From Callorhinchus milii (taxonomy: Eukaryota): a stretch of 64,000 bases of DNA. Both the position numbers and the translations under genes were made by a program. Of the stretch, positions 13,189 through 25,379 are shown piece after piece; the stretch's first letter is position 1, and each line of letters begins with the position of its first letter. A model generated the notes under the pieces. The model worked only from the letters and a program-made list of their open reading frames with translations, searched no databases and had not been told where the DNA came from. The stretch spans positions 69,504,001 through 69,568,000 of the forward strand of contig NW_024704742.1 in the NCBI RefSeq assembly GCF_018977255.1, read 5' to 3'.

Positions 13189-13852
13189 TGACAAGAAAGG
13201 AAGTCTCAAAGAGCTTCATGGTATAAAGTATTGTGACTCTATTTTGGAGATGAATGTTGGGTTCAATGGAGCCCACTTTACCAAGTGGCTGATAACCATC
13301 ATTTTAACTGTGATTTTGGTCACCTAGTGCTCTGGGACGCTACCCCACGTTAAGGGCTCTGTATAAATACAAATTTTTGTTGTTGTTATCTATCCCCTCC
13401 CCACTCCCCTCAGCTCCCACCCCCAGCTCAGGCACCAAGTCAGAATTATTTAGATCCTTGGGATGTCCTCCGGCTGTAAATGTAAATTTCTATTGTATTG
13501 TGATTTTTGCATTAAGTGTACAGTTACCGACTAATTTTTCCTGGTTTTCCCTCATTGTAAGTGCCCAGTTGTTCTTTATCTCAGGAGTAGAGCCAGTGTA
13601 AATAGTGCATTGCAAGCTCCCATCTCTGTCCTGCAGACTATTCACTGCACAATTAGAAAGTACAGCACAGAAGGTGGCAATTCACCCATGTCTGTGTTGG
13701 TGCTCGCACCCCCACTGGCACTCTCTACTCTAATCCCATTCCCTGCTCTCTCCCCCATTGTGTCTGTGCTGGTGCTCACAGGCACCACTGATGAGTTGGG
13801 AGATGGGCAAGAGGGGGTCTGTGGGTGCCAAGGGTTGGGGCTGCTCGTAGAA

Positions 13853-14085
13853 CTTTGACCGTGCCTTCAGCTCCCCTCTCGACTCGACTCTCTTCCCCCT
13901 CCTCGCTCCCTCCCTTCCCTCCCCTCACCCTGACCATTTCCCCCCTCCTTGCTCCCTCCCTTCCCTCACCCTGACCATTTCCCCCCTGCTCGGGTCATGA
14001 CCCAACTGTACAGCGCCTTGGGACGTCCTCCTGACGTGAAAGGCGCTTTATAAATGGAATCTTGTTGTTGTTGTTGTTGTTGTTG
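13853..14085 (+). mobile_element. Young L2 3' UTR and tail
   Basis: Near-identical to 43865-44136. Ends AGCGCCTTGGGACGTCCTCCTGACGTGAAAGGCGCTTTATAAATGGAATC(TTG)n. Confidence 0.85.
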
Positions 14086-14974
14086 TAGTCCTCCTCAGGG
14101 CTTTCTCCCCTTGCAGCTTCCCTTAAAGCTGTGAAGTGGAGTGACTGTGCTCTATTTTGGATGGACTCAGCAGCCAATTTGTGTACAGCAAAGTCCCACT
14201 GTAAAGCAAATGACCAATTTTATTTTGGTCGTGGGGGTGGGATTATTGGACAGGACTCCAGCAAAGAAACTCCCTTGTCTTTTCAAATAGTGCCACTGGA
14301 TCTTTAACAGGCACAGATGGGACCTCAGTTTAATGTCTCATCTGAAGAGCGGCAACTCCAACAATGCAATGCTGCCCACCCCCCAGCACAGCACAAGAGT
14401 ATCATCCTAGATTGTGAGCTCAAAGTCTTGAATGTGTGGCCTTTGAATTCACAACCTTTGGACTCAGAGCTGATCGAGCCAGGCTGACACCTAATAGTCA
14501 ATCTGACCAAGCCAGGCAGACACCTAATAGTCAATCCATTTCTCCAATAGGACTGTAAAATAAAGGTATGGTTTTAAGAATTGTTTCAGCATAAGTGGAA
14601 GAGACACTAAGGGAAAATTCTGTACAGCAACTTAATAGAATTTTTTACACTGGTATCAAAATGCATTACAGAGATTGGCAGCTGAGCAGGAATGGGTGGC
14701 GAACATTCACTCTGAAACAAGGTCAATTTTTGTAACGATAATGAGTAATTAATTGGGCTTTAGCCAGTCTAAATTGGAAACTTAATATGAGAATGCCTCT
14801 GAATTTTCCATGATTCTGCAGTATCCTGATTTTTAAGACATGGTCTCAAGGCTAAGACCTTTCAGAGAGATAGTGTTTATACTCTATATGGGATTCCCCT
14901 GACCCCTCCTATTCCCTTCACATTTATCCAGCTATCCCTTCTCTCTCACATTCTCTTAATAATAATATTCCTTC

Positions 14975-15298
14975 TCTTTAATGTAGTGTCTTATCACATC
15001 TTCAAAACATCTCAAAGAGCTTCACACAACATACTGTAAAGTTAGTTGACTGTATATCATGTGGGCAAAACACACAGCAGTATCCCACAAACAGTCGCGA
15101 ATTGTGTGACCAATTTTTTTTAAGGGATTATTATCCCCCAGAAAGTATTCTGCCAATTGACTGACAACCGGTTCCTACTTACTGCTAAGTAAAAAAAAGT
15201 GGTTTGTGGACTAAGGAAACTTGCCTACGTTTTCATCCCGTCCGCGAATCGAACCCAGGTCCTCTTGCTTGTGAACGAGCACTCTAACTAACTGCTAC
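14975..15298 (-). mobile_element. tRNA-Ala SINE (family A)
   Basis: Reverse-complement family A motifs (GGAAACTTGCCT, GAATCGAACCCAGGTCCTCT). Confidence 0.75.
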
Positions 15299-16126
15299 AT
15301 TAAATTTATTGGCTGAAGAAAGCCTGCATGTTTTTTCTAACTCTTCTTGTATATCAGCCTGGTTCAGTCCATTGCGCTTTTGCTTCTGAATTAAAAGTTT
15401 GTGGGTTCAATCCCCACGTCGGGAGTTTGAGCTCCCACTCTAGATTGTTACTAGGGTGGAACATTGCACATCTGAATCTGCTGTCCATCAGAGGAGATGT
15501 TGAACTGAGGTCCTGGTTTTTGTTTAGTCAGCCGTGTGTCTGACACACGCAGAAAACCATCGGCGTGTTTAACAGTCTCCAAACCAGACTGAGAGTTCCA
15601 CAAATATATGCCGTATCGCATATGGAAATGTAACTTATTTTAGAATGAAATGCGCACCCTCTTCTGAGGAAAGCATCCTGTTTATCTCATCCCAGGGAAT
15701 ATTAAAATAATCTAGCTGAGTTTCAAGGTCTGACGTGGGACTTGAACCCACAACCTTCTGACTCACAGGCATGGGCACTACCAACCTAGCCAGTCTGACA
15801 CTCTCAGAGTTTTGGACAAAACATGCAAGTTTCTTCAGTCAATGTGTTTAAGAAAAATTTTGACTCATACGTGAGAGAGACGGGAATAGATGGCTCTACT
15901 GACCAGGCTGACACACAATGACAGCTTGTTCCTTACGCAAGATTGGAGTCAATGAGTTGACGGGGATGATGCATCCCAACGTTTAGACCTGATACTCACA
16001 GTGATTCAAAGAATTTACAAAGAATGTACAGCACAGAAACAGGCCACTCGCCCAAACAGTCTGTGCTGGTGTTTTTACTCCATTCCTTTCTCCTTCTCAT
16101 ATCCTTCCATTCCCCTCTCCCTCATG

Positions 16127-16490
16127 CATCCTGTAGTGTAGTGGTTAGAGCCTTTGCCTCAAAGCGAGAGGGCCCAGGTTTGATTCCCAGGCAAGGCAAA
16201 CGCTTAGCCAAGTTTCCGTATTTTAAAAACCTCTGTTTGCCTAGCAGTAAGTAGGAATCGGTTGTTAGTCGATTGGTGGATCGCTTTCTGGGGGTAATAA
16301 TCCCTCAATAAAAAAATAATAATTTGGTCAATCAATCCACAACTGTTTGTGGGACACTGCTGTGCGCAATTGACTGCCGCGTTTCACCCACAAAATATAC
16401 AGTCAATTCACTTAACAATATATCCTGTGAAGCACTTTGCGACATCTCAACGACATGATAAGGCGCTATATCAATACAAGGATAATTATA
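16127..16490 (+). mobile_element. tRNA-Ala SINE (family A), full length
   Basis: TCCTGTAGTGTAGTGGTTAGAGC head, family A body and tail. Confidence 0.85.
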
Positions 16491-16675
16491 CAATACAAAA
16501 TACAATACAAAATTACATTTGTATAGCGCCTTTCACGTCGGGAGGACATCCCAAGGTGCTGAACAGTCAGGGATTTGGAGCCAGTGTGGGCAGCACGAAA
16601 ACCCAATTGGATTATAGGATTATTATGTGAAGGTTCAGCTTCCTCTTGAATGCATCTATACGTAAACATCACGCT

Positions 16676-17098
16676 TGGTCTTTCAGTCCACAGTCGATAC
16701 CCTGCATTATTTATTCTGCTGCGATCACAGATCCATCCCAGCTGCCTGCCACTAGTACCTTTCCTCAAGTCCTTATCTCTTGGGCAAACAAATAGGTACG
16801 AGCAATGTTCCCAAAGCAGGAGGCTTTACGGGTTCAATCTCCATCCGGTGCATAGTGTGGTGTATCTGTGTGTGTTTGTGTGCTCAGCATTAGGTCAACC
16901 AACGTGGCGGGAACTCAGGCCGGGTCGAGTGTTGCAAAAGTTACCGCAGTGAATCAATATCGTCCCCCAACCCCAAACACTCCCCCCTCCCCACACCCAT
17001 TAGACTCAGTCAGCCACACTTCCTGTTATTGATTTCCAGAAACAAGAGGCCAAAGAAACCCAATGGTCAGATGGCCTTGTGAGGAACGCTCTCAGGTA
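16676..17098 (+). repeat. Locally repeated unit, copy 1 (strand arbitrary)
   Basis: Core CCACAGTCGATACCCTGCATTATTT..CAGATCCATCCCAGCTGCCTGCCACTAG..CTCAAGTCCTTATCT. Reverse complements occur at 17310-17568, 20361-20700 and 22040-22580. Confidence 0.85.
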
Positions 17099-17309
17099 GG
17101 AGCCCCTCCCAGAGCCCTATCTCTCCCTCACCGCTCCCTGTCTGAAATGAAGCTCAAATAATACGCACCTTTCTCTTCTTTCCCAATGTTTACTAAGTCC
17201 TTTCAGTGCGTCAATAACCTCCCATCCATCCTCCCACACTGTCCTCCCTGGAGGCAGAGATACATCACACCAGGTCACTGCAACTTCCTTTGGTGTAGTA
17301 AACAACACA

Positions 17310-17568
17310 TTACAACACTCAACCTGTCTATCTGTATTCTCTGGCCAGGTTGCTTGACCTAATGCTGAGCACACACACTCCATGCATCACACCGGACAGA
17401 GTTTGAACTCATGAAGTCTCCTGTGTTGGGAATATTGTTAGTGCCTGTCTGTTTGCTCAGTAGATAAGGACTTGAGGAGAGGTGCTAGTGGCAGGCAGCT
17501 AAGATGGATCTGTGATCGCAGCAGAACAAATAATGCAAGGTATCGACTGTGGACGGAAAGACGGAGAG
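17310..17568 (-). repeat. Locally repeated unit, copy 2
   Basis: AGATAAGGACTTGAGGAGAGGTGCTAGTGGCAGGCAGCTAAGATGGATCTGTGATCGCAGCAGAACAAATAATGCAAGGTATCGACTGTGG is the reverse complement of the copy 1 core. Confidence 0.85.
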
Positions 17569-17569
17569 A

Positions 17570-17920
17570 AAATAATCTTTACATTTGATGTAGCGCCTTA
17601 TCAGTTCTCCGAGATGTCTCAAGTGCTTCACAGAATATACTATAAAGTGAATTGACTCATATTTTGTGGACAAAACTTGACAGGCAATTGTGCACAGCAG
17701 TGTTCCATAAACAGTCGTGGATTGAGTGACTTTTTTTTTACTTTGGAAGGGATTATTACCCCCGGAAAAGCGATCCGACTAACAGACGGGTTCCTGCTTA
17801 CTGCTAGCTAAGAGGTTTGTGCAGTAAGAAATTTGCCTAACGCTTCAACCTGCCCGGGAATCAAACCCAAGTCCACTCATTTGCAAGGCGAGTGCTCTAG
17901 CCACTAAGCTACAGGACTCC
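17570..17920 (-). mobile_element. tRNA-Ala SINE (family A)
   Basis: Complete reverse-complement copy ending CTACAGGACTCC. Confidence 0.85.
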
Positions 17921-17997
17921 ATAAAATGCATTTAATAGCACCTGATCGCATCGAAGAACGCTTCATGACAGTAATAGTTATCAAGCGCAAGAAATGG

Positions 17998-19020
17998 ATG
18001 TGGATTCAGTATTGGCTGAAGGGAAGGAAGCAGAGGATCTTTGTTAGTGGAGCTGGATCACAATGGGTAAAGGTATTAAACAGTTGCCTCTGGGGTCTGT
18101 AATGGGACCCCTTCTGTTCTCCCGTACATATTACTGACCTGGGTTCACAGACCCAGGGCAGGATAGTTATATTTGCGGATGTCACCAAATTCGGGCAACA
18201 GATGAGCAGGCAAAGGTCCTAGAAAGAGAGCTTGATAGGGTAGGGTTGGTATATGGGCGGATAACTGGCAAATTACGTTTAATACTGGTAAATGCAAGGT
18301 ATTACATATAGGATCCAAGAATAGGAAACACAAGTACTCTATGAATGTGCTGAACTTGCCAAATGGGAAGCTGAAAGATAGTTGTTAGTAAGTGTTAGTT
18401 GACTCATCACTCATTGTGTCAACAGTGTGAAGTAGAAACAAACAAGGTAAACAGGATGCTGGGCTATGTTGCTAAATCACTTGAATTTAGATCTCCCAGA
18501 AATCACACTCGGGCTGTACAGGGCTCTTATCAGACCACACATTGAATACTGTGTATAGTTCTGATCACCATGACCTAAGGCCCTTGAGGCAGTGCAGAGG
18601 AGAGCAATGAGGATGATCCCCAGTGTTAAGAGGTTTGAGCAATGACTAGACCAGCTCGGGCCCTTCACTCTTGAGCGAAGACAACTTAGAGGGGACTTCA
18701 TAGAGGTGTATAAAATTTTAAATGAGATTCAAAAAGTAAATCTAGATCAGTACTTTAGTATGTATCATTGACAGTAGAGCAATAGAACACAGGTTTAGAG
18801 TTGTAAAGAATAATTTCAGGACAGGCACCAGGAAGTTTTCTTTACACAGGGGCTAATTAACAAATAGAATCTGTTGCCAGAAAGGTGTTAGAGGCCAGGA
18901 CAGTGGGACTCGTTTAAAAAGCAGCTTAATGTAGCGATGGGTGCCCGATAAAGTGGGTGTTCTGGAGGGATGAGATAGATTGAGCCGAAGGGCCTTCTTC
19001 ATCCAGAACAATCTTGTGTT
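17998..19020 (+). mobile_element. CR1 LINE, RT to 3' end, degenerate
   Basis: Plus strand gives WLKGRKQR, GSVMGPLLF, IFADVTK, LYRALIRPHIEYCV*F*SP, LEAVQRRAMRMIP and LRGDFIEVYKIL. Confidence 0.85.
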
Positions 19021-20165
19021 TTGTGTGACTGGGAGAAATTCCCTTCTCTTTTCCAATAGAGCCACATGATTTTTAACGTCCATCTGAACATGCAGAGAGG
19101 ACCTTAGTATAACATCTAATCTGAAGGATGCCACCTCCAACAGTGCAGTGTGGCCTCCCCCATCACCCCCCAGCACTGCACTGGAGTACCAGCCTAATTC
19201 CATGATCTCATCCGAAGGTCGGCACCTCTGACAACGCAATACTCCCTCCAAGTATTGCATTGGAGTGTCAGCTTAGACTATGTGAGTTCCAGTCGTGACG
19301 TGGGGCTTGAACCCACAACCTTCTGAGTCAGTGGTGAGAATGCTACCTACTGAGAGAGAGTTAGGGGGAGAGATTCCTCTCTGAGAGTGTTCCTCGCTAG
19401 GAGCATAGGAACATAGTAACAGGAGTAGGTCATTCAGTCCCTCGAGCCTGCTCCTCCAATCTATAATAAATAATCCTTGCATTTGATATAGTGCTTTTCA
19501 CGTCTTCTAGACGTCCCAAAGCGCTTCACAGAATACACTGTAAAGTGAATTGACTGTATATTTGTGGGCGAACGCGGCAGTCAATTGCGCACAGCAATGT
19601 CCCACAAACAGTCGTAGATTGAAAATGACCAATTTATTATTGTTTTGTTTATCAGATTATGGCTGACCTATACCTCTACTCCAACACCTTTGCCCCATAT
19701 CCTTAATACACTTACCTAACAGAAATCTATCCACCTCAGTCTTTAAAATTTGAATGGATCCAGCATCACAGCCTTTCTGGGGGAAAGAGCTCCAGATTTC
19801 CACTACACACTTTTAGAATTGTAAAGAGCAATTTCAGAACAGACACCAGGAAGTTTTTTTTTACCCAGAGGATAATTAATAATCATAATAATAATAATCC
19901 TTGCATTTGATATAGCACCTTATATCATTGAGACGTCTCAAAGTAATTCACAGAATATATTATAAAATGAATTGACTATACATTTTGTGTGTCAAACGGC
20001 TGAAACAGTCCTTTCACATTGGTAGGACATCCCAGTGCCTTGGGACATCCTCTCGATGTGAAAGAAGCTATACAAATGTAATTTTGATGTTGTTGTTGAT
20101 GCTGGAACAGATTGCCAGGAAAGATGTAAGAAGCCAAAGCACTAGACTCATTTTTATTTAGAAAC

Positions 20166-20345
20166 CAAAAGCAGAAGTAGCTGGGAACACTCAGCAAGTC
20201 AGGCAGCATCTATGGAGAAAGGAAAGTGAGTCAATGCTTCGGGTCCACGACCCTTCGTCAGACCCTTCATCTGACCTGCTGAGTGTTCCCAGCTACTTCT
20301 GCTTTTGTTTTCAGATTTACAGCATCTGCAGTTCTTTGTGTTTTG
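20166..20345. mobile_element. Penelope-like (PLE) terminal-repeat relic: inverted repeat enclosing a degenerate hammerhead core
   Basis: 37-bp inverted repeat (20166-20202 and 20271-20307, one mismatch). Minus strand 20261-20233 reads CTGACGA-A-GGGTC-GTG-GACCC-GAAGCATT. Resembles the recalled chondrichthyan Penelope terminal repeats. Confidence 0.7.
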
Positions 20346-20360
20346 TTTCATTTTTATTTA

Positions 20361-20700
20361 GTCTCTTCTCTTTGGAAATTGCTTGAGCCAACAGGAAGGA
20401 TGGCTGAGGGTGGGGGTGGTGGCGCTTTCTATGTTCTCTTGCCACTTTGCTTGATCTCATGCTGAGCACACACATTCACACATGCACATACAGACAGATA
20501 CACACCACCACCCGACTCTCCAGACGGAGATTGAACTTATGAAGCCTCCCGGGTTGGGAACATCGCTAGTGCCTGTCTGTTTGCTCAGGAGATAATGACT
20601 TCAGGAGCAGTGCTAGTGGGAGGCAGCTAGGATGGATCTGTATTGCAGCAGAACAAATAGTGCAGGGTATTGACTGTAGACGGAAAGACGAACGGAAAGT
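20361..20700 (-). repeat. Locally repeated unit, copy 3
   Basis: GTGCTAGTGGGAGGCAGCTAGGATGGATCTGTATTGCAGCAGAACAAATAGTGCAGGGTATTGACTGTAG matches copies 1, 2 and 4. Confidence 0.85.
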
Positions 20701-20849
20701 GCATTTAATATTGTAGCACCTTATTGCATTGAAGAACGCTTCATGGTAGGTAATATCAAGTGAAGCGACTGAATTTTTGTGGGCAACCGTTTTGCACACA
20801 GTAAAGTCTCACGTATAGTGATTTAGTGAATCAGGGAGTGGAAATTGTT

Positions 20850-21350
20850 GGATTCAAACACAAGCACTCCATGAATTGCCGAGGGGGAAGCTGAAAGATC
20901 TAGGGGTGTTAGTTTGCTCTTCACTCACTTTGTCAAAACAGGGTTAGGCAGAAACAAACAAGGCAAACAGCTGGACAAGACCAACCTTTTCTGAATCCCG
21001 TTGTTCACACCTTGAATATTGTGTACAGTTCTGTTCACTGTAGTGTGTACAGTTCTGGTCACCATAACATAAGGACTGTAGAGACAGTGCAGAAGAGAGA
21101 ACTAGAATGATTTCTAGTGTTAGAGGAATGAGCGGTGAGCAACGATTAAACAAGCTCAGGCTCTTCAGTCTTGAGAGAAGATGATTTAGAGGGAACCTTA
21201 TAGAGATATAAACAATTTTAAATGGGATTGAAAATGTAAACCCAGATGAATACACTAGGATGTATCCTGACAGTGGAACAAGAGGACCCAGGTTTAGAGT
21301 TGCAAATGGCAATTTCAGCTCAGACATCAGGAAGTTTTTCTTTACATGGA
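20850..21350 (+). mobile_element. CR1 LINE 3' fragment, paralogous to 17998-18850
   Basis: CACCTTGAATATTGTGTACAGTTCTG, LNKLRLFSLERR*FRGNLIEI and CAGGAAGTTTTTCTTTACA. Confidence 0.8.
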
Positions 21351-21359
21351 GGCAACACG

Positions 21360-22000
21360 TACCTGCAACCTGAGGGAGTGGAGAGTTGCTGGTGTACCGG
21401 GGGAGTTGTGGGAATAGGAAGTGGTGTGGGAAGTGATGGGGGCAAGGGTGTCAAGGATACCAGTGAGTGAGTTATGAAGGAGGGTGACTGACGAGGTAAG
21501 GTTCTTGCAGGAAGAGACCCAGATGGATAGGAGTTCAGATGATTTGAGGGCTGCAGTGGGGGGTGATTTTTTTCCTCAAGCGGAAGGAGATGGCAGTTAA
21601 AAGAGATGAAAAGCTGATCTGAAATGGCTTTATCTATGGTGGTGATGTCTGAGATGGCGTAATCACCATAATCACCAGGATAACAACAACAACTTGCATT
21701 TATATAGCGCCCCTCACGCAGGGTAGCGTCCCAGAATCACCAGGTCAAGGGGGTTGACTATGGATGTGATTGGTAGAGTAAATGCGGAGGGAGAGGTGGA
21801 GAGAAATCAGCAGAGATGGAGCAAGAGGGGAGTGAAGTGAATGAAGTTGCCCAAGATGAGGAGGCACTTAGAGCAGAGGCTGAGGGAAGATAGAATGGAA
21901 GACATATCGAAGAGGAAACTGATGGAGGCAACTTTGTTTGGACAGGTAACCCATGTTAGCAAATACTGGGGGAGTAAAGGAGAGGAAGGAGCTTTATTTA
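21360..22000 (-). mobile_element. Old L2-like LINE endonuclease-region fragment
   Basis: Purine-rich + strand. The minus strand gives LLILGNF (compare GDFN) near 21850 and an HIHSQP/LDLVI-like motif (compare TH..G..LDL) near 21740-21770. Confidence 0.5.
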
Positions 22001-22039
22001 GGGGTCATTACAGGGAGTGGTGTGGAGGGAGTGTCTCCT

Positions 22040-22580
22040 TTCTGAGAGAGCTCCTCATAAGACCATCTGTCGGCCTCGGGTTTATTTACCTCTTCTCTTT
22101 GGAAATTGCTTTGGACAACGATAATAGGAAGGATGGGTGAGGGTGGTGGTGGGGGAAAGGAGTGAGTGTTTGGGTGAGGGTGGTGTTATTGATGCACTGT
22201 GATAACCTTTGTAACACTCGACCCTGCATGTGTTTGTGCACACACACACCACACTACACCAACACATACACACACGAGCACACACACAACACAACACACA
22301 TATAGACACACATACACACTCCACGCAAAATACACACACACATAGACAATGACACACTCTCCACACACATCACGTACACACATGCACGCACACACACACC
22401 AGACGGAGATTGAATTCATGAAGTCTGCTGTGTTGGGAACATCATTGGTGCCAGTCTAATTGTTCAGTAGATAAGGACTTGAGGAGAGGTGCTAGTGGCA
22501 GGCAGCTAGGATGGATCTGTGGGCCTAGCAGAACAAATAGTGCAGGATATCGACTGTGGCCAAAAAGGACAGAAAATGCT
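22040..22580 (-). repeat. Locally repeated unit, copy 4, with an internal (CA)n expansion at ~22236-22398
   Basis: The core matches the other copies. 22040-22225 also matches the reverse complement of 16920-17098. Confidence 0.85.
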
Positions 22581-22948
22581 TTTAACAAAAATAACAAGTT
22601 GCATTTATACAGCGGACCTCATGCGGGGCAGTGTCTTGGAGCACTTAACAGTGGCAGAGCTTAATGCCGAGCTGTGGAGAGAGAGGAGATGCCAATAGGT
22701 ACGGTCAAAGGGGAAGATCTTCAGGTGAGATCTGAAGACAAGTAAGGCGGGAGTAAGGAAAGGGACTGAGATAGAGAGTTCCACAATTTAAGGGAGTAGT
22801 AGCCAAAGGACCGCACCTCTGATAAAGAAATGCCCCCCCCACTCCACCCAGCACTGGAGCATCAATCTAAATTCCATAGCTGTTGGTTAGCACGCTTGCC
22901 TCACAAGCGAGAGGAGTTTCCTTACTCCACAAGCCTCTGTTTACTTAG

Positions 22949-23602
22949 CAACAACAACAACAACAACAAGATTCCATTTATAAAGCGCCTTTCACGTCAG
23001 GAGGACGTCCCAAGGCGCTGCACAGTTGGGTCATGATCTGAGCAGGGGGGAAATGGTCAGGGTGAGGAAAGGGAGGGAGCAAGGAGGGGAGAAATGGTCA
23101 GGGTGAGGGGAGGGAAGGGAGGGAGCGAGGAGGGGGAAGAGAGTCAAGAGGGGAGCTGAAGGCACGGTCAAAGAGAAAGGTTTTGAGACCGGCCTTGAAG
23201 GAGGAAAGGGAGGAAGCAAGGCGAAGGCATTGGGGGATGGAGTTCCAGAGCCTGGGGGCTGAGAGGCTGAAGGCCCGACCACCGATGGTAGGGCGGTTGG
23301 GGCGGGGGACGTGGAGCAGACCAGAGCCAGAGGAACGGAGGGTACGGGCAGGTAGGTAGGGGGATAGTAGGTTGGAGAGGTAGGAGGGAGCAAGGCCGTA
23401 AATGGCCTTGTAGGTGAGGATGAGGATCTTGAAATCAATCCTCTGGGGATGGGGAGCCAGTGGAGGCGAGCGAGGGTGGGAGTGATGTGGTCCCGAAGCC
23501 TGGTGCGGGACAGTACACGAGCTGCAGAGTTCTGAATGACCTGCAGCTTGTGGAGGGAGGTGGCGGGAAGGCCGGCGAGGAGAGAGTTCCCATAGTCCAG
23601 CC
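22949..23602 (-). mobile_element. Young L2 3' portion nested in a + strand family A SINE (22883-23850)
   Basis: QRIDFKILILTYKAIYGLAPSYLSNLL..SFKAGLKTFLFDRAF. The host SINE breaks at TGTTTACTTAGCA and resumes at AGCAGTAAGTAGGAACCCGG. Confidence 0.9.
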
Positions 23603-24712
23603 TTACGAGCAGTAAGTAGGAACCCGGTTGTTAGTCTATTCGTGGATCGTTTTCCGGGGTAATAATCCCTCCATAGAAAAAACTTGTTCACTCAATCTGC
23701 GACTATTTGTGGGACTTCTGTGTGTAATTGGCTGCCGCATTATGCCCACAAACACAGTCAATTCACTTTACAATTTATTTTGTGAAGCGCTTTGAGACTC
23801 TCAATAACATGTTAAGGTCCTCTATCAAATGCAAGGATTATTATTGTTATTAATGTCACAATCTCAAATGTCATGAATTCAAAGTCCTGATGTAGGAGTT
23901 TGAACGCACAACCTTCTGACTCAGACGCAAGTGTGCTACCGACTGAGCCAGGCTGAGACGCTCCGAGACGCTCAATCCAAGTGAAATGCGCCATGTGAGA
24001 CAAGTCTCTTTATATAGCAGCTGTTACCGAGACTGACAGTGTTAGACTGCGTCAATATAACAAGCGACAACCTCATTGCGTTGATTGATCCAAATGCCGG
24101 CATCGACAATGCTGTCCGTCTTGTGCTGCGGCTGATTGATGGCCCATGAAATGCCAAGCTTTGTAAGTTCCGGGGACTGATTCTCTCACTGTGTCTTACA
24201 GTATTAAGTTGCACCAGCCAGGGATCAACAGTTACAGGCTAAATCGTGAGACTGGATTTCTCACCACCTATTTCACCTCATCCTACTCCCCCCACTCTCT
24301 CTCTCTCTCTCACGCTTTCACTTTCTCTCCTGCACTTGGGAGGGATCGTCGTGAGTGTCCCTTGGATGTGAGTCACGCTATGTAATCTGTTAGGGATGAC
24401 AGCTATGATTACAGTAATCATTGCCCTGTCACTAGCAGACCCTTGTTCATGGCTTTGTGAAGAGAACAGAACTCAGCGCAGCCCCACACAGTCACGTCGC
24501 CTATCACAGCCTCTGGGTACAAGCCTGTCTGAGCCAACAATCCCACACTTCCAGACAAAATCTCTCACTTATTTCATGGCTGTTTGCGGCACATTGATGT
24601 GTGCAAACTAGCTGCAAAATTCACAGTCACTGTACTTTACAGCACGTATGACAGCACACAGCTTCCTTCACGTAAGATCACATCTCGGAGGGTTGTGTTC
24701 TTTATAGTGTGT

Positions 24713-25135
24713 GTCAAACTGGCTCAGTTGGTAGTGTCTCGCTTCTGAGTCACAAGGTTGTGGGTTCAAGACCACATTAGGACTTTGAGTTCACACAGTC
24801 TAGGCTGACACTCCAGTGCAGTGCTGGGGGAGCGCTGAGATAGCATAGATGCCGTCCTTCACATGAGAGGTTAAACTGAAGTCCCATCTATGCCTGTTCA
24901 AGTGGACGTTAACAATCCTGTGGTGCAGTTGGAAAAGTGAAAGGAGTTTCTCCCAGTGTCCTGGCTGACAAGCCCCAGAAAAAATCTGATCATTTGGTTC
25001 AAAGCTGTTTTGGGGACATTGTTGTGCACAAAATGGCTGCCACGTTCACCCACAATAAACAATAATGACATATGGCAATATGTGAATTACTGTGAAGCAC
25101 TTTGAGATGTTTAGGTGTGATAAAGTGCCACAAAA
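24713..25135 (+). mobile_element. Deu-domain SINE, near full length
   Basis: TGGCTCAGTTGGTAG head, GGGTTCAAGAC B box, Deu core and tail. Confidence 0.8.
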
Positions 25136-25379
25136 AGCTGGATGGTCTTTTTTACGTATATTGAGGTCTGTGTGTTCATTCTATTGTGAATTCACGAACA
25201 AATGTTTCCTCAGGGTCAGTTCAGTGCCAGACTTAAGTCTCTGCTAAGATTGCCAGGATGTACTTTGCATTTCCAGTGAATTGTGTTTCACCTGCTACGT
25301 TCTGAAACCTGTTTAGAATGTCAATGTGTGTGTTCTCCACTCATTGTGTTCATGGCATTGCTGGTAGCAATTAACTTGC

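Noticed and set aside
16690..16725. CACAGTC as a V(D)J recombination signal in the four-copy unit
   Set aside because: There is no ACAAAAACC-like nonamer at 12 or 23 bp and no V, D or J coding segment.
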